The translations under genes and the position numbers were made by a program. A model generated the notes under the pieces. That model did not search any database. It had not been told where the DNA came from and saw only the letters and a list, made by a program, of their open reading frames with translations. Shown here one piece after another: positions 25,929 to 33,266 of a stretch of DNA of 37,161 nucleotides. The stretch spans positions 1 through 37,161 of the IMG/VR virus record IMGVR_UViG_3300027486_000001. One strand, given 5' to 3'. Every line of letters starts with the position of its first letter. Within the stretch, counting starts at the first letter, position 1. The DNA is from a virus.

Positions 25929-26146
25929 CAGATCATCTCGGCAAGCGTGGCGGGGTCGTTGGGGTTGATATACCGCGCATCAGATCGAACGGCGTAATCT
26001 CGCCCAATCTTGCGGGGCTGCGGGATGATCTTCCCATCACGCGCCCAACGCCGCAACGTCACATCGTTTTTTGGAGCGAGATCACCCAAGGTGGAGTCTG
26101 CCCACTGTCGCAGCTTCATCAGTTTTGCTTGCATCATCATCTCCAA
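25928..26146 (-). CDS. xis: Excisionase, lambda Xis-like
   Basis: LRQWADSTLGDLAPKNDVTLRRWARDGKIIPQPRKIGRDYAV parallels lambda Xis as I recall it (LQEWNARQRRPRSLETVRRWVRECRIFPPPVKDGREYLF). Its stop overlaps the int ATG by 1 nt. The start is ambiguous among ATGs at 26146-26132. Confidence 0.8.
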   Translation of the reverse strand: MEMMMQAKLMKLRQWADSTLGDLAPKNDVTLRRWARDGKIIPQPRKIGRDYAVRSDARYINPNDPATLAEMI

Positions 26147-26276
26147 ACAAATCGTCGGTATTGGGGCAACGCTCAGGCTCGTCGTACTCTGGAAAGTCCC
26201 CGGCGTGTCGTTCGTCTTGTGGCTCTTGCTCCCAAGGTCGGGCGTTCTGGCGTTCTCGGGCTCTGCGTGAGGTCAT
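26082..26276 (-). CDS. Possible acidic small protein (64 aa) overlapping the xis 5' end
   Basis: The ATG lies 3 nt after the upstream stop, with GGAGGA 7 nt upstream. It is very acidic (EQEPQDERHAGDFPEYDEPERCPNTDDLFGDDDA). The last 55-65 nt or so overlap xis out of frame. Confidence 0.45.
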   Translation of the reverse strand: MTSRRARERQNARPWEQEPQDERHAGDFPEYDEPERCPNTDDLFGDDDASKTDEAATVGRLHLG

Positions 26277-26279
26277 GGG

Positions 26280-26486
26280 TCAATCCTCCAGTGCGGCAAA
26301 AACGCGTTCAATGAATTGCGCTTTTGTCTCGTGATCAGTTGTCACCAATGTGCGAACGTGCGCGCCCTTCGCTTTCCATCCAAGCTCAAAAGCGTCAAGT
26401 AGGCTCATCCTGTCTCCCGCAAGTGCGGCTGGGCCCATGTGCTCAATGACGGCCAATCCAAAGGCCATGCTTTGTTCTTTGCTCAT
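26280..26486 (-). CDS. Hypothetical early protein (68 aa)
   Basis: ATGA overlap with the upstream gene. Confidence 0.6.
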   Translation of the reverse strand: MSKEQSMAFGLAVIEHMGPAALAGDRMSLLDAFELGWKAKGAHVRTLVTTDHETKAQFIERVFAALED

Positions 26487-26686
26487 TCCTGCACCTCTCT
26501 ATTTGCTGCCTCAACGGTTTTCCAGTGCGATTGAATCCAGAGGCGCGGCTCAAGGCTTGCAACGTGTTTTAAGTCAGGGTTAGCCTCTGCGGATTTCGCA
26601 GTGTTGAGGTAGTGGGCTGAAATGTCGCCGGTCTTGCGATGCTCAAAGACAAAGACCGTTGCTGCGATGTTGTTCTGTTCGCTCAT
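26483..26686 (-). CDS. Hypothetical early protein (67 aa)
   Basis: ATGA overlaps at both ends. Confidence 0.6.
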   Translation of the reverse strand: MSEQNNIAATVFVFEHRKTGDISAHYLNTAKSAEANPDLKHVASLEPRLWIQSHWKTVEAANREVQE

Positions 26687-27207
26687 CCCTTCACCCCTTT
26701 CTCCACGATTCCGTAGCGTCGCTCAGTCCATTCAATTGCTGTCGCTGCCACGGTACGCATGCTTTTGCCTGTGCAGATTTGAGCGACTGCACAGATCATG
26801 TCTGCACGCTCGGTTTCCGTCATCGGCACCGGCTTGGTGGTGGCGGTGTAGACCGGGAACGCATCAGTCCAATACGTAGGGTTGCTGGATTTCTCGTTTG
26901 GTTCTGATAATTCAAGTGTTCCGCTTGTCTTGTTTTTGGATAACCACGCAACCACCTCCCCGCCAGCCTGCCCGCCCTTCAGTGCTGCGAGTTCATCGCG
27001 CAAAGCAAGGTTTTCTCTCAATTGGACGTCCGCCGCTTCAGTGAGTGCCAAGACCCGATCACGCAACTGGTCGCGCTCCTGCTCGATGGCTGAGAGGCGG
27101 CGGAGTTCTGATGCGGCGGGCCATGCAACTTTCGCTACGCCTCCCCACTGAGAGGGATCAAGCTCCAGCAGATCAGCCAGCCGCTGCGCGTTGGTTTGGT
27201 GGGTCAT
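26683..27207 (-). CDS. Coiled-coil early protein, Ea22-like pattern (174 aa)
   Basis: A central heptad-like region (LSAIEQERDQLRDRVLALTEAADVQLRENLALRDELAALK) is followed by VAW...FPVYT-type motifs, which are common in lambdoid ead/Ea22-like proteins. Confidence 0.55.
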   Translation of the reverse strand: MTHQTNAQRLADLLELDPSQWGGVAKVAWPAASELRRLSAIEQERDQLRDRVLALTEAADVQLRENLALRDELAALKGGQAGGEVVAWLSKNKTSGTLELSEPNEKSSNPTYWTDAFPVYTATTKPVPMTETERADMICAVAQICTGKSMRTVAATAIEWTERRYGIVEKGVKG

Positions 27208-27217
27208 GGCTTGCCTT

Positions 27218-27358
27218 TCAAAATCTCGTCTTCAAGTTTCTGCACCATCCGGCACAGGTCGTCATGCAGATAGTCCGGGAATCGGCTGCTTGTTGAAAGC
27301 CCCACGATTCCAGTGCAGACAAAAGGCGCATCAATGCGAGTAGGTCTTTTGTTTCCAT
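27218..27358 (-). CDS. Possible micro-ORF (46 aa)
   Basis: ATG 27358 lies 1 nt after the upstream stop (27360-27362), with GGAGGA upstream. Peptide is METKDLLALMRLLSALESWGFQQAADSRTICMTTCAGWCRNLKTRF. Confidence 0.35.
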   Translation of the reverse strand: METKDLLALMRLLSALESWGFQQAADSRTICMTTCAGWCRNLKTRF

Positions 27359-27359
27359 A

Positions 27360-27596
27360 TCAATCCTCCAAGGCTTTGATGGCCGTTTCACACTGCTCGG
27401 CCAAGTCGTTCCCGAACATGTCGTATTGGTCCCCGCCGCTTGCCGCTCTAACTTCGCGGCACACCTTCGCGCACTGCTCTTGCTTGTGGCTGGCAACGAG
27501 TTGGGTGAAGCGGGTAAAAAGCGTTGCGGCTGCTTCAGCGTGTCCGCCACCGAACCCAGCCTCATCTGCCCATTTTTTGATCTGGTCTGGGGTCAT
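27360..27596 (-). CDS. Small early protein (78 aa), paralogous in pattern to 24330-24554
   Basis: ATG 27596 overlaps the stop of the 35-codon ORF upstream (ATGA). The track start at 27611 has no SD. Confidence 0.6.
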   Translation of the reverse strand: MTPDQIKKWADEAGFGGGHAEAAATLFTRFTQLVASHKQEQCAKVCREVRAASGGDQYDMFGNDLAEQCETAIKALED

Positions 27597-27700
27597 GGTG
27601 TTTGGTCCCATTCGGAAAGGTTTGCACGTAGGCAGAATTCAAGGTCAAGCTGCCACGGTAAGTAAAAGATCATGCCGAGGATCATGTAGATGTCTGGCAT
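27593..27700 (-). CDS. Possible micro-ORF (35 aa, hydrophobic N half)
   Basis: Hand translation gives MPDIYMILGMIFYLPWQLDLEFCLRANLSEWDQTP. Its ATG overlaps the upstream TGA (TGATG at 27702-27698) and its TGA overlaps the downstream ATG, so it exactly bridges two genes. It contains the rare TTA and CTA codons. Confidence 0.3.
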   Translation of the reverse strand: MPDIYMILGMIFYLPWQLDLEFCLRANLSEWDQTP

Positions 27701-27927
27701 CACTCCCCCTTCGCAGCGGCGCGGGCTGCATGCTTTACGGGGTATGGCCCAACCTGTGTGCCGTCGATGCACGCCACTGGTCCAGATGCCTCAAGCTGGG
27801 CACCAAAGTTGCGGGATGCTTCGGCCTTACGTTCCGGCGTGCTCATGGCGCATCCAAAGCACACCATTGAGCCACGAGGACCGTATGGCCGCAGGTCGGT
27901 TGTCTTGTCGCAGTAGTGGCACTTCAC
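27700..27927 (-). CDS. Small zinc-ribbon-like protein (75 aa)
   Basis: GTG start overlaps the upstream TGA (GTGA). Two CxxC pairs are present (CHYCDK ... CFGCAM). Confidence 0.6.
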   Translation of the reverse strand: MKCHYCDKTTDLRPYGPRGSMVCFGCAMSTPERKAEASRNFGAQLEASGPVACIDGTQVGPYPVKHAARAAAKGE

Positions 27928-29360
27928 GCTGCGCCCTCCTCGCTATGGGGGGCAGATGACGCCCTTCGATTGAACCAATCAGCGGCCAGTCGCATGATCT
28001 GCGCTGCGGGAAGTTGGCCGCCATTTCCTTTCAATGTTGGGTAACCCATCGACGCCGACAGAGTCGCCTGGGCCATGCTTAGGTCTTCCATCAGCGCGTC
28101 CCGCACCTTGTCCCGCTCATCAGGCACAGCCTGGGCGGATAGGGCTGCTCGGTGGTAGTGCATCAGCGCAGCATAGATTGCAGGCTTTAAGTCGTTCCAG
28201 ATCGGCCCCGGTAATTGGTGGGGCATGGCCTTGGCAAACTCCCAGCAGGCATCGTTGACCACTGCGCTAGCCAACTCAGGCAACTCAGCGCTGGCAGGGG
28301 CGGGCTGTGGGGTGGTGTATCGCTTACGCTCAACGGCTCCGCATTTGTTGCAAATCCAAATGCTGCTCTTTGGGTCTAGTGCAAATTCGTCAGCGCAGGT
28401 AGAATCCGCATTGGATTGAGTGGTTTTCGGCACTCCTTTCAAAGCGAAATCAACGCCTGCGCCAACAGGCCCCACAAGCGCACCTTCGGGTGCGTTTGCT
28501 TTTTGACGTTCGATTTCCACATCAAGATCGCTGTGGTCTTGATTTGTCCAAAGCGCGATTGTTTTGCCGTCCTCAAACTTGACGCGGGCGATACCCCACT
28601 CAAATCCTTCTGCGTCTTTGTTTGGCTTGTGGAGGAAACCCAGCCACCTCTCGTATTTCTGGCAAAGGTCTGCCACGGCTTTCAGCATGTCATCCGATTG
28701 GCGAAGCTCATTCTTTAGGTGATCTACCTCGGTTGGGCGGTCGTATAGAGGGATAGCCCCCTCGTCTGTTTTCGCGCAGTCTGTCCAGCCAAATGGCTCG
28801 GCGCGGAAGTAACCGAACGGCTCCTGCGCTGCGGGCTCGGCCTGCTCCTGGCTGGCGGGTGGGGTGTATGCCTTGAGTCTAGAAATAACGTCTGGGCCTG
28901 TGTGTCCATCAAACTCAAACAATGCTCGCTCAGACTCAGGTACTGCGAATAAATCCCAGTCCTTCGCTTCGTAATGGTTGCTGATCTGACCGTCCGGAAG
29001 AACAGCTACAACAATGAACCACCCGCCCCCAAAGCACAGTTCACCGTCATGGTGTCGCCATGACTTGTGAACATTGCATTTTCCGCTCGACGCCCATTCG
29101 TTGAAGAGCGCGGCGTTGTATGCCTTGCGGAACTCATACAACTCGTTGAATGTGTGATACCCATCAGAGGTGTTGCCATCTATCACCACCTCCCCACTCT
29201 CTACCGGCTCGGCCTGGGTGGGCAGGGAGAGGGTTGACCGCAAAAAGGGAAGTGCTTTCTTAGCCTCTTTAACAGCCTGTCCATCTTCGGCTTCAATAAC
29301 GTCTTCCAGACGCCAAATAGCAGCTTGCAAAGCCTCGCGCAGCTTTTGTTCTGTGGTCAT
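27924..29360 (-). CDS. Large multi-domain early protein of unknown function (478 aa)
   Basis: ATG 29360 overlaps the upstream stop (ATGA), with AAGGA 6 nt upstream. It contains a conserved phage block (DGYHTFNELYEFRKAYNAALF...HKSWRHHDGELCFGGGWFIVVAVLPDGQISNHYEAKDWDLF...FDGHT). An Ea22-like FGW...IPLY motif and a CNKC pair follow. Confidence 0.7.
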   Translation of the reverse strand: MTTEQKLREALQAAIWRLEDVIEAEDGQAVKEAKKALPFLRSTLSLPTQAEPVESGEVVIDGNTSDGYHTFNELYEFRKAYNAALFNEWASSGKCNVHKSWRHHDGELCFGGGWFIVVAVLPDGQISNHYEAKDWDLFAVPESERALFEFDGHTGPDVISRLKAYTPPASQEQAEPAAQEPFGYFRAEPFGWTDCAKTDEGAIPLYDRPTEVDHLKNELRQSDDMLKAVADLCQKYERWLGFLHKPNKDAEGFEWGIARVKFEDGKTIALWTNQDHSDLDVEIERQKANAPEGALVGPVGAGVDFALKGVPKTTQSNADSTCADEFALDPKSSIWICNKCGAVERKRYTTPQPAPASAELPELASAVVNDACWEFAKAMPHQLPGPIWNDLKPAIYAALMHYHRAALSAQAVPDERDKVRDALMEDLSMAQATLSASMGYPTLKGNGGQLPAAQIMRLAADWFNRRASSAPHSEEGAA

Positions 29361-29686
29361 GCTTGTTCCTTTGCAATAGCCCACACGCGGCCATGACCAT
29401 CGTCACAACGCTCACGGCTCATCACCTTGCAGCCAATCAGGGCCTTGAACTTCTTTTGGGTCAGGTTCTTTCGCAAGGCTCCGGCGATCTTTACAACCTC
29501 TGACGGCTCGCACTTGACGCAAGATCCCGGCTTGAGTTGCTTGAACACTGCGTCATACTTGGACTCAACGTTGCTGCGCCACACAGGTGGCTCAACGCCA
29601 TGTTCAACGGCCAACAATGATGGATCAACCTCGATGGCCGGATGCTTTTGGACCGGGAATGGAAACTTGCGTGCTGTCTGTGTCAT
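29357..29686 (-). CDS. Hypothetical early protein (109 aa)
   Basis: The in-frame ATG at 29686 has GGAGAG 5 nt upstream. The track start at 29719 lacks an SD. Confidence 0.6.
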   Translation of the reverse strand: MTQTARKFPFPVQKHPAIEVDPSLLAVEHGVEPPVWRSNVESKYDAVFKQLKPGSCVKCEPSEVVKIAGALRKNLTQKKFKALIGCKVMSRERCDDGHGRVWAIAKEQA

Positions 29687-29765
29687 CTCATCTCTCCAAA
29701 TAGTTGACCCACCCGCCACCTACTAACGGTGCCCTCTACTGCTAAGGCGGGCGGGTCGGAACGGG

Positions 29766-30179
29766 TTAGGCGTCAGATTCAGCAGTCAATGCCGACAACT
29801 GAGATTTCAGATCGTCAAGCTGCTGCTTCAGAAACGAAACTTCATTGCGAAGCCTGCTTGCTTCGTCGTCGCGCTTCTTCATGGCCTTTGTGTTGTCAAG
29901 AAATACTTCAGGTGAGGCCTTGACCCATTCGGCATTGATAACTGCGCCAGATTCGGAAACGACAATGTCGCCTTTGTCGCTTCCTTCTTGCTTGATCGTG
30001 TCGCCTAGACGAATCTCCATTTCAGGATTCACAACCGTACATTCGTCGTAGCCGATGTTCATGAAGGTGGCGTTTTGCTCAAGCATCGCGGCCAACGCTG
30101 GCAACGTTTTTTCTGCACCAGCGTGCGGGATATGAATAGCAATGTGGCTTGCGCCATTTGTCTTGATGAGTGCGAACAT
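29766..30179 (-). CDS. Hypothetical early protein with a C-terminal coiled coil (137 aa)
   Basis: The in-frame ATG at 30179 has AAGGA upstream. The C terminus reads EASRLRNEVSFLKQQLDDLKSQLSAL. It lies next to erf, where anti-RecBCD-type functions sit in P22, but the homology was not recognised. Confidence 0.6.
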   Translation of the reverse strand: MFALIKTNGASHIAIHIPHAGAEKTLPALAAMLEQNATFMNIGYDECTVVNPEMEIRLGDTIKQEGSDKGDIVVSESGAVINAEWVKASPEVFLDNTKAMKKRDDEASRLRNEVSFLKQQLDDLKSQLSALTAESDA

Positions 30180-30199
30180 GGTGAAATTCCTTGGATTGG

Positions 30200-30415
30200 T
30201 TATTTGCCTAGTGAATCGATCTGCTCCAATCGATCCAGGCATTCCCGAATCGTTTGGATTTCGACAGAGTCAAACGAGACACCGTTTTGCAGCCTGACAA
30301 CTGCGTCGCGCATCTCATGCAGTGCATCTAGGCGGGCATTGCGTAATGCGCTAGCCCTTCCTAGCTTTTGCATTGCTTCGCTGTTGTCTATGTCAGGAAG
30401 CGGTCGCAGACTCAT
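30200..30415 (-). CDS. Hypothetical early protein (71 aa)
   Basis: ATG 30415 overlaps the erf stop (ATGA). Confidence 0.55.
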   Translation of the reverse strand: MSLRPLPDIDNSEAMQKLGRASALRNARLDALHEMRDAVVRLQNGVSFDSVEIQTIRECLDRLEQIDSLGK

Positions 30416-30972
30416 GCAGGCCACGCTGCGGTCAATTTGTCTTGAACATCGGCTGGCAGCTTTGCCCAAATCGCGTTCATGGCAGATTCAGACAGGCCAG
30501 CCAGATAAGCGGCGGCACCGCCTGCATCACCAGACTTCACGCCGTTGATAACCTCTTGCGCTGGATCTGGCCGTTGTGCTGGTCGCTGTGCGTTCTTTGC
30601 GCTTGTCGCTGCATTGCCGTCATCGTCTTCAGGCGCAATCCCACATGCAGCCATCAGCGAATAGCGGCGGGCATAAGTCAGGGCCGATCCGTAGCCTTGA
30701 GGGTCTTGCTTTGCAGCAGGAACATGCAATGGGCCGGATGACAGAGATTCGCCTGATTCGTGAATGAACACGGTTTCAACGCACACACCCGATTCCGTTT
30801 CGATGTTTCGTTGAATCAAGGCAATGCCGTTGTCGTTCAAAGCATCAATGACAGCTTCAACGCAAGCCGACAGATCCGCGTAACGGCTCTTGAAGTGGGG
30901 GTTTGTGCTGCTTTTGAGTGCTGGCCCGAATGCCTTCTGTGCCTTGACCATTGCTGCTGATACGTTTTTCAT
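30412..30972 (-). CDS. erf: ERF-family single-strand annealing recombinase
   Basis: NPHFKSRYADLSACVEAV...GIALIQ...VETVFIHESGE...PQGYGSALTYARRYSLMAACGIAPEDDDGNAA is the ERF signature. ATG 30972 has GGAG 7 nt upstream. The alternative ATG at 30987 has none. Confidence 0.88.
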   Translation of the reverse strand: MKNVSAAMVKAQKAFGPALKSSTNPHFKSRYADLSACVEAVIDALNDNGIALIQRNIETESGVCVETVFIHESGESLSSGPLHVPAAKQDPQGYGSALTYARRYSLMAACGIAPEDDDGNAATSAKNAQRPAQRPDPAQEVINGVKSGDAGGAAAYLAGLSESAMNAIWAKLPADVQDKLTAAWPA

Positions 30973-31054
30973 TGAAGTGCTCCACATATTCCGAAAAGGG
31001 TTCTTGCTCTTGGCGCTCTAATTCATCCCAGAGCCAGGATTTCGTCTTGCTCAT
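30857..31054 (-). CDS. Possible small ORF (65 aa) overlapping the erf 5' end out of frame
   Basis: ATG 31054 overlaps the upstream stop (ATGA). The N part (MSKTKSWLWDELERQEQEPFSEYVEHFNE) looks protein-like. The last 116 nt or so overlap erf. Confidence 0.3.
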   Translation of the reverse strand: MSKTKSWLWDELERQEQEPFSEYVEHFNEKRISSNGQGTEGIRASTQKQHKPPLQEPLRGSVGLR

Positions 31055-31281
31055 GACATGGCCCAACCAATGAGCCCGATGACCGTCAGAGCACCAATCA
31101 AGCAGATCAACAAGCCAAGACGCGGGTTCTTGCGTTCGCGCTTGTATCGAGTAATCACCCCCGGCGCAAACTCGCGGTCAAGGTCGTTCATGCGCTTGAT
31201 CGGCAGTACGCGGCGCGGGTTGTTCTTCTGAGCCCATTCCGCTTGCTCGTCCATCGCTGCAAAGGCTGTGCGTTCGTTCAT
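31051..31281 (-). CDS. Small membrane-anchored early protein (76 aa, C-terminal TM)
   Basis: The in-frame ATG at 31281 has GGAGAA 5 nt upstream. The C terminus is LGLLICLIGALTVIGLIGWA. Confidence 0.55.
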   Translation of the reverse strand: MNERTAFAAMDEQAEWAQKNNPRRVLPIKRMNDLDREFAPGVITRYKRERKNPRLGLLICLIGALTVIGLIGWAMS

Positions 31282-31333
31282 GGTTGTTCTCCGTGGGCAC
31301 AAACGGCCCTGATTGCATCCGTAAGGGAGTGAG

Positions 31334-31558
31334 TCACAGCACGACATGAGCAAAACCCGTCAATGCTTTGAACTTCTCTTTTGCCCATTCAATGGCCTGC
31401 TTTGGGCTGGACCATTCGCCGGTAACGTGATGGGCTTGGCCGTCTTGGCCTGCAAATGTGAGGTGGATGCGCATCTCGCTCTCCTTGATAAATCCAGCGG
31501 TCAGGAACACCAGAGCAAAGGCCCCGGCTGCAATGACGATTCGGTCTTGGCGGTCCAT
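31334..31558 (-). CDS. Small membrane-anchored early protein (74 aa, N-terminal TM)
   Basis: ATG 31558 lies 1 nt after the upstream stop, with GGAGG 7 nt upstream. The TM segment is IVIAAGAFALVFLTAGFI. Confidence 0.55.
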   Translation of the reverse strand: MDRQDRIVIAAGAFALVFLTAGFIKESEMRIHLTFAGQDGQAHHVTGEWSSPKQAIEWAKEKFKALTGFAHVVL

Positions 31559-31559
31559 G

Positions 31560-31868
31560 TCAAACCTCCAGTGCAGCGTTCTTGCGCTCATCGACAGCAA
31601 AGTCAGCCAAAGCGCCTAGACGGTCTTGCTCGGTGATTTCTGTCTCGATGCAAAGGTCGCAGCGCATGGCTGCTTGGTCAACCAAATCACCCAATACATC
31701 AAGTCCTTCGATGTTCTGGTTTGCTTGCATGTTGGCAATCTCATCAACAAGACGACCAACGTGGTCGAGTACTGACTTGATTTGATCCAAGCGCCATTCA
31801 TGGCCCGCTGTGTTGCGAACCGAGGCAATCAGCAGGTCAACAAAGTTGAGCTTGTCACTGTTTCCCAT
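31560..31868 (-). CDS. First gene of the leftward early operon, acidic helical protein (102 aa), unknown function
   Basis: ATG 31868 has GGAG 6 nt upstream. No HTH or Arg-rich motif was recognised. Confidence 0.6.
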   Translation of the reverse strand: MGNSDKLNFVDLLIASVRNTAGHEWRLDQIKSVLDHVGRLVDEIANMQANQNIEGLDVLGDLVDQAAMRCDLCIETEITEQDRLGALADFAVDERKNAALEV

Positions 31869-31892
31869 TCCTATCTCCATCTGTGCAGAATT

Positions 31893-31927
31893 TGCTGCGA
31901 TGGGATGAATCATCCCGCACCACAGCA
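31893..31927. promoter_or_regulatory. Palindrome in the divergent early control region (operator or 5'-UTR hairpin candidate)
   Basis: Perfect 7+1+7 palindrome GGGATGA-A-TCATCCC (31902-31916), flanked by TGCTG (31893-31897) and CAGCA (31923-31927). It lies 24 nt upstream of the first leftward ATG. Further small palindromes are ATCGC...GCGAT (31951-31969) and TTGAACAATTCAA (31969-31981). Confidence 0.4.
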
Positions 31928-32017
31928 AATCCGTCTAATTGGTTTTTTCTATCGCAAGCAAAAAGCGATTGAACAATTCAAATTGACCGGAAAAACGATC
32001 AGATGCAAAGTGCAGCC

Positions 32018-32161
32018 ATGAACATCATCAACACCCAAAAGATCAGCGCCAGGATTGAAGGCAATGAGCTTGTTCTGACGCACCGCTCAGGTGGTGAAGT
32101 CAGGATTCCGCTTAAGCGTCTTGAAAACTGGCTTATCAGGCAATTCCGCCAAGAGTTATGA
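32018..32161 (+). CDS. Possible first rightward micro-ORF (47 aa)
   Basis: MNIINTQKISARIEGNELVLTHRSGGEVRIPLKRLENWLIRQFRQEL. There is no SD. A TTGACC (31983-31988) plus 17 nt plus CAAAGT would place a transcription start near the ATG, so it could be leaderless. This is speculative. Confidence 0.35.
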   Translation: MNIINTQKISARIEGNELVLTHRSGGEVRIPLKRLENWLIRQFRQEL

Positions 32162-32167
32162 GGGCAT

Positions 32168-32878
32168 ATGGATCAATCTACAGAAAATGACGGGCAAATG
32201 ATGCTGCCTCTTTGCATCAACAAGGAAGATGTTCTGGCTTGGATCAAGTCAATGCAAGAACTGGAAATTGATGAGCGCGTATCGCTGATCAACGAGTTGC
32301 GAGAAGAGTTGCATGGCGTCTCTCCATTCAATACCGAACCAGTTGATTTTGTTCGTTGGGTAAAAGCCCCGCTAGTTCATGCAAACGACTACAACCCAAA
32401 CAGTGTTGCCCCACCTGAAATGGAGTTGCTTCGGTTGTCAATTGCTGCCGACGGATACACGCAGCCGATTGTGTCCATGCAGCACGATGGCAATTTTGAG
32501 GTGATCGACGGTTTTCACCGACACCGGGTTGGAAAGGAATGCCAAGACATTCAGTCGCGCATTCATGGCTATCTGCCATTGGTTCAGATTCGCTCAAGCC
32601 AAACAGACAAATCAGATCGAATGGCCGCAACGATTCGGCATAACCGCGCTCGCGGAGAGCACCGCGTTGACTCAATGGCTGAAATCGTTTTGGAGTTGAA
32701 GCGCCGGTTCTGGTCCGACGAGAAGATCGCAAAAGAATTAGGCATGGAGCCTGATGAGGTTTTGCGATTGACTCAAGTAACAGGTCTGGCTGGAGTTTTT
32801 GCAGATCATGAGTTTTCCGAGGCTTGGGAGGCTGATACTTTGCGCGAGGTAGAAGGGGATGACGACATCAATCAATGA
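32168..32878 (+). CDS. ibrB: ParB/sulfiredoxin-like nuclease-domain protein, YbdM/IbrB type
   Basis: 236 aa. It has YNPNSVAPPEMELLRLSIAADGYTQPIV...VIDGFHRHRV...ATIRHNRARG (ParB N-domain-like DGxHR and arginine patch) and a C-terminal HTH-like stretch (EKIAKELGMEPDEVLRLTQVTGL). Confidence 0.75.
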   Translation: MDQSTENDGQMMLPLCINKEDVLAWIKSMQELEIDERVSLINELREELHGVSPFNTEPVDFVRWVKAPLVHANDYNPNSVAPPEMELLRLSIAADGYTQPIVSMQHDGNFEVIDGFHRHRVGKECQDIQSRIHGYLPLVQIRSSQTDKSDRMAATIRHNRARGEHRVDSMAEIVLELKRRFWSDEKIAKELGMEPDEVLRLTQVTGLAGVFADHEFSEAWEADTLREVEGDDDINQ

Positions 32879-33266
32879 GTTAGATCCACATCCAGGTGAG
32901 ATTTGGCACCCATGGTGGCTTCTTGAGGAAGTCAAGGCAAACATGTGGGGTAATGTCAGTAATCGGAAAGCATGGATTCAGATAGCGATTGACTTTACTG
33001 GAAATCCAGAGCTATACGGAGAATGGATGAGGCGCGTTGCTGATGTTTGGAAGCATTCATGCGAGCACGCACTCACAAAAAGTGGAGATAAACGAGCATG
33101 GATAGGCCATGCAGCAGTAGCTATGGCGCTCGGTTGTCCTGAAGACATTGTTAGAGAGGCGTGGGGCCACCTGACAGAAGATCAACAAATCAAGGCCAAT
33201 GCAAAAGCAACAGAGGCCATTGAATACTGGAGAGATAAACATGCCAAAGAAAAGCTTAGGACTTGA
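32859..33266 (+). CDS. Unknown protein (135 aa) wedged between the ParB-like and PP-loop genes
   Basis: It overlaps the upstream gene by 20 nt and the downstream gene by 26 nt. It is Trp-rich (WHPWWLLEE..., AWIGHAAVAMALGCPEDIVREAWGHL). No family recognised. Confidence 0.65.
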   Translation: MTTSINELDPHPGEIWHPWWLLEEVKANMWGNVSNRKAWIQIAIDFTGNPELYGEWMRRVADVWKHSCEHALTKSGDKRAWIGHAAVAMALGCPEDIVREAWGHLTEDQQIKANAKATEAIEYWRDKHAKEKLRT

